From positions 124,001 through 188,000 of the IMG/VR virus record IMGVR_UViG_3300027759_000046: a DNA stretch of 64,000 nucleotides. The stretch is one strand, 5' to 3'. Shown piece by piece: positions 1 through 9,020 of the stretch (within the stretch, counting starts at the first letter, position 1; each line of letters opens with the position of its first letter). The notes under the pieces were generated by a model. The model was not told the DNA's origin. It saw only the letters and a program-made list of their open reading frames with translations, and searched no databases. The position numbers and the translations under genes were made by a program.

Positions 1-506
1 AATCCGCCAAGCTCGTTAAATATAGCTCTTCGCATTAGCATAAATCCGCCAATTGCGAATGGTCTGGTCTTGGACAGGTACCATGTAACAATTTCATTTA
101 GTAAAAATATTAGCACAGCGCGAATGTCTAGCTCACCTTTATACTTTGGATAAGTACCAAGCATTGCGTAATTGCCAGTATACAAAGAGGCAATTGACTC
201 TCTAATAACATCTCGGTGAGTGAATGTGACATCTGCATCCAAGAATAATAAGTATGGAGTATCTGCTAACTTCGCACCAGCATTTCGACCGACAGCTGGC
301 AAGCCACCTTTAATTACTTCAACGTTAAGGTCCAGCTGTTCTGATAACTCTTTAATTATGTTGAGAGTTGAATCAGTAGATCCAGCGTCTGCGATAATTA
401 CTCTAACTCCGTCTATTCCATTTTGTCGTTTAATATGTCTAAGAGTTCGGCCAATATAGGCTTCCTCATTGAGGCATGGAATTACAATAGTTAAAGATTC
501 TTTCAT
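1..506 (-). CDS. Glycosyltransferase family 2, C-terminus beyond window edge
   Basis: Manual translation from ATG at 506: MKESLTIVIPCLNEEAYIGRTL...VIIADAGSTD...GRNAGA...YLLFLDADV (GT-A motifs); ATG overlaps upstream stop (TAATG). Confidence 0.85.
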   Translation of the reverse strand, partial: MKESLTIVIPCLNEEAYIGRTLRHIKRQNGIDGVRVIIADAGSTDSTLNIIKELSEQLDLNVEVIKGGLPAVGRNAGAKLADTPYLLFLDADVTFTHRDVIRESIASLYTGNYAMLGTYPKYKGELDIRAVLIFLLNEIVTWYLSKTRPFAIGGFMLMRRAIFNELGG

Positions 507-1201
507 TACTTAATTAAAGTTAATTTTTGAGAGCTTAGATCAAAGCCAGTAGTCTCGTACACCACGTACGAAGTATTTTCAATCCAATCGCCAGTATTTA
601 AGTATCGGACACCGTCCACTTCCTTATCAGCTGGCGTATGAATGTGACCGCAGACAACAGTATGACAATTTCTTTTCTTTGCCTGTCGAACCATTTCATT
701 TTCAAAATCAGTTACGAAAGAGATCGCAGCCTTCACATTATCCTTTAGGTATTTCGATAAGCTTGTTTTCTTGTTGAACTTCTTTAGGAATCGGTCAATC
801 ACAATTGCCATATCATAACCAACTGATCCCAGGACTCCAAGCCAATGCATCTTTACAATACCGTCGTACTTATCTCCGTGGCAAAACCAAATACCTGCCT
901 CAGTGAATTCATCGACAACTCTAATTCCGCCAATCTCAACTGGCAAATATTCTCTAAGAAACTCATCATGATTTCCAGCAATCCAGATAACCTCGTGTTT
1001 CTTTGAAACTTTCAATAACTTTCGGATAAGTCGAGTATGTTCAACTGAGAATTTCTTGTATTTCTTAAAGAGCCAGCCGTCAATGATATCGCCGACCAAG
1101 ATCAAGCGATCGAATTCAGTATTCTTAAGTAGTTCAATTACCCCTTCAGTATTGCAGCCCTTTGAGCCAATATGAACGTCTGATATTACTAGAGTTTTCA
1201 T
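506..1201 (-). CDS. LpxH-like (UDP-2,3-diacylglucosamine hydrolase family) metallophosphoesterase
   Basis: SDVHIG, GDIID, GNHD, CHGD and GHIH calcineurin-like motifs; start moved to MKTLVISD (ATG 1201) to avoid overlap with the upstream stop. Confidence 0.8.
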   Translation of the reverse strand: MKTLVISDVHIGSKGCNTEGVIELLKNTEFDRLILVGDIIDGWLFKKYKKFSVEHTRLIRKLLKVSKKHEVIWIAGNHDEFLREYLPVEIGGIRVVDEFTEAGIWFCHGDKYDGIVKMHWLGVLGSVGYDMAIVIDRFLKKFNKKTSLSKYLKDNVKAAISFVTDFENEMVRQAKKRNCHTVVCGHIHTPADKEVDGVRYLNTGDWIENTSYVVYETTGFDLSSQKLTLIK

Positions 1202-1203
1202 AA

Positions 1204-1515
1204 TTAATCTTTTTCCCATCCGTCTACTTCATGATCGTATTCGCAACATGGGAACTGACGGCCCTGTTCGTCGACGTGAGTCCATACTTTGCCATCTTCA
1301 ATCCATACCCAAGGTTCATCCGCTTTTCCTGGAAGTTCAGGTCTTTCTAACGGCGGATGATACGCATTTACATCAGTGTGTCTGTGATTACAGTCGCATC
1401 CTCTTGGAACGCAATCATCGCACGAGTAAGAGTTCTCTTTACTCGAGTATCCGGGCATGTATACCCATGTTGCGATCTTGCCGCAATCACATAATTCTTT
1501 ACCAGCTATCAACAT
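1204..1515 (-). CDS. Cys-rich hypothetical protein
   Basis: ORF with CDC, CDDC and CC clusters, tightly packed with neighbours. Confidence 0.7.
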   Translation of the reverse strand: MLIAGKELCDCGKIATWVYMPGYSSKENSYSCDDCVPRGCDCNHRHTDVNAYHPPLERPELPGKADEPWVWIEDGKVWTHVDEQGRQFPCCEYDHEVDGWEKD

Positions 1516-1702
1516 CAGTTAAATCTATTTCAGTTCGGGTTAAATGACTAAAGACGCGTAATTCACTACCAATTCCGTTTGGTGTACATTTCCAAGTAAG
1601 CAGCCCAACCTCACCGTATATAGCCTTAATATGAGAAAGCCATTTATCAAACTTCTTCTGCTGTTTGTCATCTAGTTCTATTGTTATTTGTTTATTCGCC
1701 AT
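1499..1702 (-). CDS. Hypothetical protein
   Basis: 67-aa ORF in operon context. Confidence 0.65.
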   Translation of the reverse strand: MANKQITIELDDKQQKKFDKWLSHIKAIYGEVGLLTWKCTPNGIGSELRVFSHLTRTEIDLTDVDSW

Positions 1703-1718
1703 TTGATCTAATTAAAAA

Positions 1719-1794
1719 TTGAAGAGGGAGGAATCCAACCCACAGTCACGGCCGTTAAGGCTTGCTCTCATTAATGTCACTGAGCTACTCTTCC
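1719..1794 (-). pseudogene. Degenerate tRNA-like element
   Basis: GGAAGAG-TA-GCTC(14-nt loop)GAGC-A-AGCC TTAAC GGC-...-GTGGG TTGGATT CCTCC-CTCTTCA-A: acceptor, D and T arms present; anticodon arm shrunken; T-loop mutated. Confidence 0.6.
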
Positions 1795-1798
1795 TTTG

Positions 1799-1876
1799 TA
1801 CCCTCTGAGAGACTCGAACTCTCACCCTAAGACTAGATCCTAAGTCTAGCGCGTCTACCAATTCCGCCAAGAGGGC
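1799..1876 (-). tRNA. tRNA-Leu(TAG)
   Basis: Cloverleaf GCCCTCT...AGAGGGT-A, anticodon arm CTAGA CTTAGGA TCTAG, T-loop TTCGAGT; no encoded CCA. Confidence 0.95.
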
Positions 1877-1933
1877 AAATTGTGGATGATTCAGTCTAAC
1901 TGTACCTTGTTGGCTATCCACCTAGCCCATTTC

Positions 1934-2620
1934 TTATCTGATCTTCTTCAGCATCACTTTGATGTTTGAACCTGGCTGATAGTGATCGCCAATTATTTGC
2001 CATTCAGTTTCGCGTTGCTTAACCCAATGATAAACCAGTGCACCTTTACCTACCATCTCATACGTTACATCAATTCTTTCCTGTAAGCCAGTTTTTGCCC
2101 CGTCAACTGTCTGTAACCATTCAATCCAAGTACCTTTCATGTAGTTATCGTCGATAATACAGATTCCGCCAACTGGCATCTTGTCTTTGATTGCCATGAA
2201 CTCTAAGAATCCATGTAACATTGAGGCAACCGGATTAGTCATGTCTAAATCGTACGAGTCAAGATGCACTAAGTTCGGTGAACCTTGATAACCATTTAGA
2301 TAATCTACTGAATCTAATGCAGAGAACTCAATTGTTGATTGACCTAGATTCTCGTTAAAGAACTGCATTGATCTAGCAATACTTTCAACATTAATATCTA
2401 CAGTTGAAAATTTACCGCCCGACAGTTGGCATAGTTTTGCCAAGTACAGGCCGAAATTATCGTAATTGCCGTATGTACAGCCAGTTTCAATGCACTCAAT
2501 CTTATCGAACCTAAATTCGTCTCTGAGTATCCTATCTAGTAATTCAGCTTGTGCAACTCTTTCGGGTGCAGTTACTTTATCTCTGTAGAAATCTAATGCT
2601 TCTGTTATCATATTAGTCAA
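1934..2620 (-). CDS. Putative class I SAM-dependent methyltransferase
   Basis: IETGC...TVDI...LDS.DYL...LVHLDS...GGICIIDD pattern (Methyltransf_24-like). Confidence 0.55.
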   Translation of the reverse strand: MTNMITEALDFYRDKVTAPERVAQAELLDRILRDEFRFDKIECIETGCTYGNYDNFGLYLAKLCQLSGGKFSTVDINVESIARSMQFFNENLGQSTIEFSALDSVDYLNGYQGSPNLVHLDSYDLDMTNPVASMLHGFLEFMAIKDKMPVGGICIIDDNYMKGTWIEWLQTVDGAKTGLQERIDVTYEMVGKGALVYHWVKQRETEWQIIGDHYQPGSNIKVMLKKIR

Positions 2621-3056
2621 TTATTGTTTCCATTTTAAAAGGTACGATCCATCTGGTGCAATCTTGCGGCATGCGATTGATATGCTTGTAGTTGTTTATG
2701 TAACCCATCATGTTGGCAGAGCCAATTGCATTCGCTGAGTGTACCATTACTCTGCAAACTGGTGCACCGTCCATCCACTGTTCAACCAACCATTTGGTGC
2801 AGTCCATTCCAGTTTTCTCGGTAATATTATCGTAGTTCAACTCGTAGTTGTGATACACGTTGCTATGCCATTCGGCCATTGCACTGTCTCCCAAATCGTG
2901 GTCCAACGAAATTAAAGCAATATTTTCCAAACCCAACTCTGTAATCTTAGCAACAAATTCATCATAACTTCTTACCACAGTCCAGTTACGCTCATCGTGA
3001 GTTGACGGATTTGGATTAGGTGTTCTGACATCGTCTAAGTAGATATTGTATTTCAT
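2613..3056 (-). CDS. Cyclic-phosphate-processing receiver-domain protein
   Basis: IYLDDVR, ISLDHDLG, TGMDC and VHSAN motifs typical of this RNA-repair-associated receiver family. Confidence 0.75.
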   Translation of the reverse strand: MKYNIYLDDVRTPNPNPSTHDERNWTVVRSYDEFVAKITELGLENIALISLDHDLGDSAMAEWHSNVYHNYELNYDNITEKTGMDCTKWLVEQWMDGAPVCRVMVHSANAIGSANMMGYINNYKHINRMPQDCTRWIVPFKMETIID

Positions 3057-3063
3057 ATAGGCT

Positions 3064-3092
3064 ATTATACTAAGGTAACTCTAATTGGGTTT
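3064..3092 (-). promoter_or_regulatory. Class II (putative middle) promoter AAACCC-N17-TATAAT
   Basis: Same hexamers and spacing at 5029-5057; related WAACY-N16-18-TA(T/G)A(A/T)T sites upstream of the genes starting at 6123, 22481, 25946, 38740, 40002, 47565 and of the tRNA leader. Confidence 0.6.
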
Positions 3093-3093
3093 A

Positions 3094-3693
3094 TTATTTT
3101 TCTCCGATTAGCAAAAACGCTAGGATTTTTTCTTTAATTCCATTTTGTTTAATACCTTCTCTAGATCTCGGAGTCAAGACAAAGTTCTTAAGTCCCCAAT
3201 CTCGATCCATTTTGCCCCAATCTGGATCAGTGTAAGGTGCTCCCATATTGAGGTCATCTATTGCTACCCAATGCGTAACCTCAGGATGATCGATTAAATA
3301 TTGTCTAATCTCAATAGCTCGAGTTTGTTCTAGATCCCATCGTGGTGCCCACACAAATACCTTCTCGCTATACCATGTGCACTCACTTAAAGCCGGCGTG
3401 TATGCAATAGGCTTCTTACAAATTCCTTTGGATTCATAATATTCTCCCATCTCTTCACATGTTGCCCAGCGTTTCCAATCTGAACTTACGACAATTTCAG
3501 CGCCAGTTTGTTTGATAATATCATTAAGAATATCAACGGCCTTTGGATTGAAATTGTCAAACCGCAAATCAAGTGGCATATCTTTAGCATTAGCATCTTT
3601 CTTACATCCAGCCTTATGTCGCTTCTTGTGTCTGCCTCCCCATTCAGTTGCTAAACATATAACTCCATCATGGTCTAAAAATATTACTTTCAT
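3094..3693 (-). CDS. HAD-family phosphatase (Swiss-Army-Knife RNA repair type)
   Basis: FLDHDGV, IVVSSDWK and WVAIDD motifs. Confidence 0.8.
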   Translation of the reverse strand: MKVIFLDHDGVICLATEWGGRHKKRHKAGCKKDANAKDMPLDLRFDNFNPKAVDILNDIIKQTGAEIVVSSDWKRWATCEEMGEYYESKGICKKPIAYTPALSECTWYSEKVFVWAPRWDLEQTRAIEIRQYLIDHPEVTHWVAIDDLNMGAPYTDPDWGKMDRDWGLKNFVLTPRSREGIKQNGIKEKILAFLLIGEK

Positions 3694-4772
3694 TAGTCTC
3701 CGCCTTTTAGCAAAAATTTATTTGAGATTGCTTTGAATGAAATTGTACGAACCATGTTTCGGATCACAAGACCCTCACGTTCAGCAGTCTCACACAAGAC
3801 AGATTTGCCCTCCGCGAATTCAAGTAACTCTTCGATTGTATCAGGTAGAGAGAAGTGGTCCGCAACAAACGGCACAGTTTCAAGTCCAAGATTTTCGATT
3901 GTATTTAAGAACATGGCTTTAATGTAATACTGATGCTGATCAATATCGAATATATTAAAGAACTTCACAGTTTGACCCTTTAGCTTGTATGGGTTACCTT
4001 GAACACCTTCACCAATAATCTCTCCTTGTAAAGAGACATTCTTACCAAGACTGCGCATCTTTGTTTCAAGATCCAGTTCTCTAGCAACTTTCCACATGGT
4101 GTTGTCTTCAGTTTCAAGTAGTTCAAGATTTCTAGAACAAACTCCAAACTCGCCGTCTTTTATGTAGGCTGTGAATGATGATCCATCTAATTTTTCAGTA
4201 ACGTAGAAAGAGGTAGCTCGATATCCTAAGTACTCATTGGTTAAGTTCTGTACACGCTCTTCATCAGTTTTTGGAATGAATGACGGAAACAAACCCTTGG
4301 CTACACCAGCTAATGAAGCGGGCACAGGAGGTTCATACTTAACGATACCTAAGTGTTTACTAACATCAGCTCCTTCTTCAATCACCAGAGCATCATCGTA
4401 TGGCCCGAGCTGTAGCTGATCTCCCCACGGTTGCTTGCTGGTGCCAATCACCATCTCTTCTGCTCCATTCAAGGTTTCAATCGGTAATACTAAACCTTGC
4501 GATACTTGCCCGCGCAGTTTAATAGTTTTTAATCGAAATCCTTCAGAGCCATCTGCTAACTTCTTGTAAGAACTCTTGCGTAAGAATTCAAACTCGTCTT
4601 TCACAGGTAAGAAAGAATCGATCTCGCAATAGATACACAGGTCACCGGTCTTGTACTCTCCCTTTTTGGAAACGACATTCCAGTTATTGATCTGTACTAC
4701 TTCGATTGCATCAGCTCCCTCAATTGGCCTGACGTCCCTAACTCTCTGAATGCTTGCTAATTTTCTTTCCAT
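3693..4772 (-). CDS. ATP-dependent RNA ligase, DRB0094/Rnl2-like family
   Basis: Start MERKLASIQR (ATG 4772); N-terminal OB-like module; TEKLDGSS, LQGEIIG, EGLV and FKAIS nucleotidyltransferase motifs. Confidence 0.9.
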   Translation of the reverse strand: MERKLASIQRVRDVRPIEGADAIEVVQINNWNVVSKKGEYKTGDLCIYCEIDSFLPVKDEFEFLRKSSYKKLADGSEGFRLKTIKLRGQVSQGLVLPIETLNGAEEMVIGTSKQPWGDQLQLGPYDDALVIEEGADVSKHLGIVKYEPPVPASLAGVAKGLFPSFIPKTDEERVQNLTNEYLGYRATSFYVTEKLDGSSFTAYIKDGEFGVCSRNLELLETEDNTMWKVARELDLETKMRSLGKNVSLQGEIIGEGVQGNPYKLKGQTVKFFNIFDIDQHQYYIKAMFLNTIENLGLETVPFVADHFSLPDTIEELLEFAEGKSVLCETAEREGLVIRNMVRTISFKAISNKFLLKGGD

Positions 4773-4773
4773 T

Positions 4774-5022
4774 TTATCCGTTGTATATTTCAGCAATTTT
4801 TTTCTCGATTTCGCTACGCTTCTCAGCTGGGACGCCGTCTGCGTAAAAACGAAATGAGTTAAACTTGCTTTTGATTTGACTAAATTTAAAGTCTGGCAAT
4901 TTAGATAGTTGTTCAAATTCCTTGTCTAGGAACTCAACGACTTCGGGTTTATCTAGCGCTAGCCCATAGTGGCCTTCTTCCAGAAACTCTGCCCATTTTT
5001 TATTGAATTCTTGTGATGTCAT
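4774..5022 (-). CDS. Hypothetical protein
   Basis: 82-aa ORF directly downstream of a class II promoter. Confidence 0.7.
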   Translation of the reverse strand: MTSQEFNKKWAEFLEEGHYGLALDKPEVVEFLDKEFEQLSKLPDFKFSQIKSKFNSFRFYADGVPAEKRSEIEKKIAEIYNG

Positions 5023-5028
5023 GATCTT

Positions 5029-5057
5029 ATTATACTAAAAAGGTAAAGGTCGGGTTT
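5029..5057 (-). promoter_or_regulatory. Class II promoter AAACCC-N17-TATAAT
   Basis: Identical hexamers and spacing to 3064-3092. Confidence 0.6.
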
Positions 5058-5295
5058 CCCAGTCGGAGTACGAGGTCCATTCAACTAGATCGTCTACTTG
5101 ACCTTCTTCGATTGTGTGAGCTACCATGATCTCATGTTTCTCGTTCTTACCGACAGCGACCATTCGGCAGCCTTCACATAGAACTGGCATGTAAGTGTTA
5201 GGCTCAAGAGATTCAGCTATTTTCTGAACGTCTATTTCTGGTGGGAAATCTTCGCCCCACATTTCGTTTGCGCATCTGTTACAAAAGTCTGCCAT
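5035..5295 (-). CDS. Small Cys-containing hypothetical protein
   Basis: FCNRC...LCEGC possible metal-binding pairs. Confidence 0.7.
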   Translation of the reverse strand: MADFCNRCANEMWGEDFPPEIDVQKIAESLEPNTYMPVLCEGCRMVAVGKNEKHEIMVAHTIEEGQVDDLVEWTSYSDWETRPLPF

Positions 5296-5296
5296 A

Positions 5297-5800
5297 TTAT
5301 TTCTTGTTTAAAATTTTAAGAGCGTATCCATTAATCATTGGTCTGCCTGTATTATAACAGCCAAGTACCAGGCCCCAGTTCTCGTATTTTTTGTAGAGAG
5401 TTGAGAGCAATTTCATTGAGATCTTGACGTTTAATTCCAGGTCATTTAGCAATTGCTTTGAAGTAACCGCCTTGCCCCAAGTATATGAGGCAGTCGGCAC
5501 TTGTATTTGCATTGCACCATAGGCATGAGCGGATGATGTAAGTTTTGGATTGTAGTCCCAATCGAATGGGCCCTTATATCCACTTTCAGTCTCAGCAACG
5601 CCTAGCGCAATTTCAAACGGTACTCCATACTCTGCTGAATAGGTTTGCAGATAATCATAGAGTCTAATGCAGGGTGGGGCTTTTTGGATCGATACTTTGG
5701 AGCGATCAAGACAAAGGTCTTGAGTCAGGGCTGTTTCGTACGACCACACTGCGGCAAATAATAACAGCACTCCAAAGATTAGAGTTGAACGTGCTGACAT
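5297..5800 (-). CDS. Lytic transglycosylase (SLT domain) with signal peptide
   Basis: AETES catalytic Glu, AYGAMQI and GCYNTG motifs; hydrophobic N-terminus. Confidence 0.85.
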   Translation of the reverse strand: MSARSTLIFGVLLLFAAVWSYETALTQDLCLDRSKVSIQKAPPCIRLYDYLQTYSAEYGVPFEIALGVAETESGYKGPFDWDYNPKLTSSAHAYGAMQIQVPTASYTWGKAVTSKQLLNDLELNVKISMKLLSTLYKKYENWGLVLGCYNTGRPMINGYALKILNKK

Positions 5801-6123
5801 TACTTAACAATTTGCTCATACTTCTTAGAAGCATAAAGGTTAAAGATCATTAATCCAACTGAGTCTTGATAAACTGTGTAGGTACCGTTTGCTCGGTCTA
5901 TAACTAGTAACTCGTTGCGCTCATTGATTGCAACAGAGGTCTTAGCGAGCGGATTAATGTTTTTAAGCGGAGATGTTTTAGTTTGATTCATCATTACCCA
6001 GTAGTAATAACCGATGAAGAATCCAGCAATCATTGCGATCGCAACGATCAGCAAGTTACCTAATTTCTTTGCGAAGATATTCAATTTATCTAGCGCTGCC
6101 TTAATCATGAGTTTCTTGTCCAT
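5800..6123 (-). CDS. Single-TM membrane protein
   Basis: One hydrophobic helix; stop overlaps SLT start. Confidence 0.7.
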   Translation of the reverse strand: MDKKLMIKAALDKLNIFAKKLGNLLIVAIAMIAGFFIGYYYWVMMNQTKTSPLKNINPLAKTSVAINERNELLVIDRANGTYTVYQDSVGLMIFNLYASKKYEQIVK

Positions 6124-6208
6124 AAATTTATATTTGTTGGTTTAACTTAATATACCAAAAAATTAGGCCTGTGGTTATTGCTCGTTCTAGAAGCCGTTTG
6201 TTGTTGAA

Positions 6209-7300
6209 TTATAAACCAAATCGTGATTTAGTTGCGTTAAAATTAGTCAACACATTACTGCCAGTTAACGCCGTATTGTAGATTTGCATTCCGCCGAATC
6301 TCATGTTAGCATACGTTCCATCTCCAAGACTTGTACTGTCAATTGAAGCTACTGAGTAATGCAAGCCTACGCCGCTTCCGTTATTATAAGGAGTTTGTCT
6401 ACTTATTGTACCCGAAGTCACTGCCAATGAACCATTAACATATCCTCTTAAATTTGTTCCGTCATAAGTGAATCCAACATAGTACCAGTTATTTAAGGGT
6501 GTTGAAATAGACGATGATAAGTTTTGTACGGAACCAGACCAAACGGAAAATTTAATTGTTCCAGAAACCATCTCTATTTGAGAATCGTGCCATAAGGCAT
6601 TTGTAGTTGCCTGTCCTAATTCTGCTACGATAACACCATTATCCATAGGATATACCCAAACAAATATTGATAATACATTCGATGTATTTGCTGGTGACAA
6701 TTTAGAATTTAGCGAGGTGTTGGTAACAAAGTATTGATTGCTTCCGTTAAATGTTAAGTAGCCACCGCCTGAAGAAGTATAGGTTGGACTATTTGCTGTT
6801 GTAGCACTAGAATTTCCTTGTAAGTCGGTTATGGTAGCTCCGCTTCCTGAGTATGAGGATGAATTACTTATATCATAGTTTAAAATAAGGCCAGAGGTTA
6901 TTATAGTTGGCGCTGCAGTCGTAGTTGTTGTAGTCGGCGCAGAATATGAGGTCCAGTACCCGTTACTGGTTAACCACGCACTAGCAGCAGTCACATCAGC
7001 CAGAACACCGCCACCAAATTTCTTTGATAATTTATTTACAAGTTCCAAGAATGATGCATCAGTCTTTAATTTAGATCTCCAAAATCTAACTGTGCCAGTA
7101 TCGGCCGTTTGGTTTGGTTGACCTGCTCTAGGAGCGGAAATTACATAACCTGATGCGGTATCGGGTGACATCCACCAAGTTACTCCGCCGGGTTTAGTTG
7201 AATAGGCTTGGGCGCTGGTGCCGACCGCTAACTCCCCAACTTGTTGAGTTCCAGAAATCGCGGCAAGTGATGGATTGTATGCAATTGGCGTACTTGGCAT
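6209..7300 (-). CDS. LamG/concanavalin-like virion protein with Thr-rich linker
   Basis: N-terminal AYNP..ISGTQQVG module, TTTTTTAAP linker, C-terminal LILNYD...YLTFNG...W.YVGFTY...QIYNTALT fold; late-type promoter AATAAATAAC at 7321-7330. Confidence 0.8.
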   Translation of the reverse strand: MPSTPIAYNPSLAAISGTQQVGELAVGTSAQAYSTKPGGVTWWMSPDTASGYVISAPRAGQPNQTADTGTVRFWRSKLKTDASFLELVNKLSKKFGGGVLADVTAASAWLTSNGYWTSYSAPTTTTTTAAPTIITSGLILNYDISNSSSYSGSGATITDLQGNSSATTANSPTYTSSGGGYLTFNGSNQYFVTNTSLNSKLSPANTSNVLSIFVWVYPMDNGVIVAELGQATTNALWHDSQIEMVSGTIKFSVWSGSVQNLSSSISTPLNNWYYVGFTYDGTNLRGYVNGSLAVTSGTISRQTPYNNGSGVGLHYSVASIDSTSLGDGTYANMRFGGMQIYNTALTGSNVLTNFNATKSRFGL

Positions 7301-7325
7301 AAAATAATTAACTATTTCTAGTTAT

Positions 7326-8420
7326 TTATTCGTCCTTATTCCAGAAAGGTTTCTGATATTCGGGCTTAATCTGCTTCCAGATCTGTGAGCTTGGGTCTCG
7401 GTCGTTTAGCATTAAGAACATAATACTCCAGTAAGCCTGCGGAACTCTCTCCTGAATCCATAGAGCCTCGCTCTTTCGGCAAGTGAAGCCTTCTTCTGAA
7501 AGTTGATTGAGGTAATTTTGAGCATTCTTCATCCACATTACGTGCGCGACCTTAAGTGCAACTTCCCATTCTCTAACCCACTTATCAAATTCGTCAGGCA
7601 CCATTTCCAAGAACTGATCAAGCTCTTCGCCTCGGCTTAAGTGCTCCCAAATATCAACGTTTGAAAAATTTGTCAAGAGCCTGTGCAATCGAACGTAGTC
7701 TTCAAATTTAATCTTCATTCGGAAAGAGTCTGGTTGGAATCGTAGCACAAAACCTTCCGCGTTTCGGGTGTTCTGAGCCTTTAGGCTTTCGTAAAGTTCT
7801 GGACTAAATTTAAAATGTTGTTCAGTCTTAACAATATCTGATTTACGGATTCCGCTTGCACTAAAAAATGAACACGCAGTAGTCCAGTGTAGTTCTACAC
7901 CACGTGATATGACACTTAAGAAAACGATTCGAGGCTTTGACCCGTAATCAACGACGATTCTGTTCTTGGGATAGATGATCTCACATAGATACGATACACT
8001 ACGTTCAAATGCCAAGAGGTTATTGTACTTCTCCTTTAAGATCTTCAAGCCCTCTACTGCCTGGTCCGAATGAAATGATCCGCGAGTTGCCATGTGCCAT
8101 TCATCTGCATAATAGAATAAGATACCTAATGATCCGTCCATTTTCTCTTGCACATACACGTAGTCTCCTTTGATTGGAATTTTTCCTGAACCAGCCGCTT
8201 CTTCATAGTTAAAGAACTTATTGAAACCTCTAGCAACAATCTCGCCAGCGTCATCCATGATGAGACCTCTGCACTGTAACGTAACTTCATCCCATACTGA
8301 ATCGTATTGGCATGTTCTGGAATAATTGTAAATGGTTAACGGCAAGGACTGATGTCTATTTGCCAACACCAGTCCACGCTCCACGTATGAGTTTAATATT
8401 TCCTTAGTTATAGGTATCAT
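7326..8420 (-). CDS. rnlA: T4 Rnl1-like RNA ligase
   Basis: IYNY...CRGLI...GFNKFFN, QEKMDGS, EII, EGFVL and KIKF motifs; start moved to ATG 8420. Confidence 0.9.
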   Translation of the reverse strand: MIPITKEILNSYVERGLVLANRHQSLPLTIYNYSRTCQYDSVWDEVTLQCRGLIMDDAGEIVARGFNKFFNYEEAAGSGKIPIKGDYVYVQEKMDGSLGILFYYADEWHMATRGSFHSDQAVEGLKILKEKYNNLLAFERSVSYLCEIIYPKNRIVVDYGSKPRIVFLSVISRGVELHWTTACSFFSASGIRKSDIVKTEQHFKFSPELYESLKAQNTRNAEGFVLRFQPDSFRMKIKFEDYVRLHRLLTNFSNVDIWEHLSRGEELDQFLEMVPDEFDKWVREWEVALKVAHVMWMKNAQNYLNQLSEEGFTCRKSEALWIQERVPQAYWSIMFLMLNDRDPSSQIWKQIKPEYQKPFWNKDE

Positions 8421-8421
8421 A

Positions 8422-8835
8422 TTATAATTTGATTTCAAAACGGTCTTTCATTCTGGTTAGAGCTTCATCTGGAACTCCGTGTTGATTTACGCCACCGTGC
8501 CTGTTTTCAACAATTACGGTAAAGACCATGTAGCCATATTGTTTAGCTAAGTCAAAATAAGGTTGCATTTCCCATTCTTGAGTAAATGTGTTTGACACTG
8601 CAATTTCTCGGTAAAATTGATCATTGACTAAAGAATCTTTCATGTAAGTTTCTACGAGACTTCTGCATGATTCATGGGCTTCTTTTAATTTAGACCCATC
8701 AAACTTGTACTCACCGTCTTGCATAAAATACTTGTCAGCTTCACAAACTAAAAAGTCTGATCCAACTAAGTCTAGTGCAAATGTAGATTTCCCAGAGCCC
8801 GGCAGTCCACGCACAATGTATAATTTTTTTGCCAT
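8422..8835 (-). CDS. P-loop polynucleotide-kinase-like protein
   Basis: RGLPGSGKST Walker A, VSNT...E..PY and HGVP motifs; directly upstream of Rnl1. Confidence 0.8.
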   Translation of the reverse strand: MAKKLYIVRGLPGSGKSTFALDLVGSDFLVCEADKYFMQDGEYKFDGSKLKEAHESCRSLVETYMKDSLVNDQFYREIAVSNTFTQEWEMQPYFDLAKQYGYMVFTVIVENRHGGVNQHGVPDEALTRMKDRFEIKL

Positions 8836-8836
8836 A

Positions 8837-9019
8837 TTAGTTTAGTTTACTATTGAATAGTTTTTTTGCAGCTTCTACATCTCGTGGCTGACAACACTCG
8901 TAAATAATAAAGTCAGCCTCTTCAAGAGTACATCGATTTTCAATTACGTCAATATAAGTTTCAACGTCTACGCCTAACTCCCCAGCAATCATCGAATCCA
9001 TCAGACTAAATAGGTCCAT
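8837..9019 (-). CDS. Hypothetical protein
   Basis: 60-aa ORF in operon. Confidence 0.65.
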   Translation of the reverse strand: MDLFSLMDSMIAGELGVDVETYIDVIENRCTLEEADFIIYECCQPRDVEAAKKLFNSKLN

Positions 9020-9020
9020 G

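Noticed and set aside
1712-1921. 69-aa ORF in the track
   Set aside because: It overlies tRNA-Leu and the tRNA-like element and has no protein features
4772-4916. N-terminal extension of the RNA ligase ORF (likewise 29551-29703 for topoisomerase and 46472-46528)
   Set aside because: The extensions overlap the upstream gene in another frame; family similarity begins at the downstream ATG
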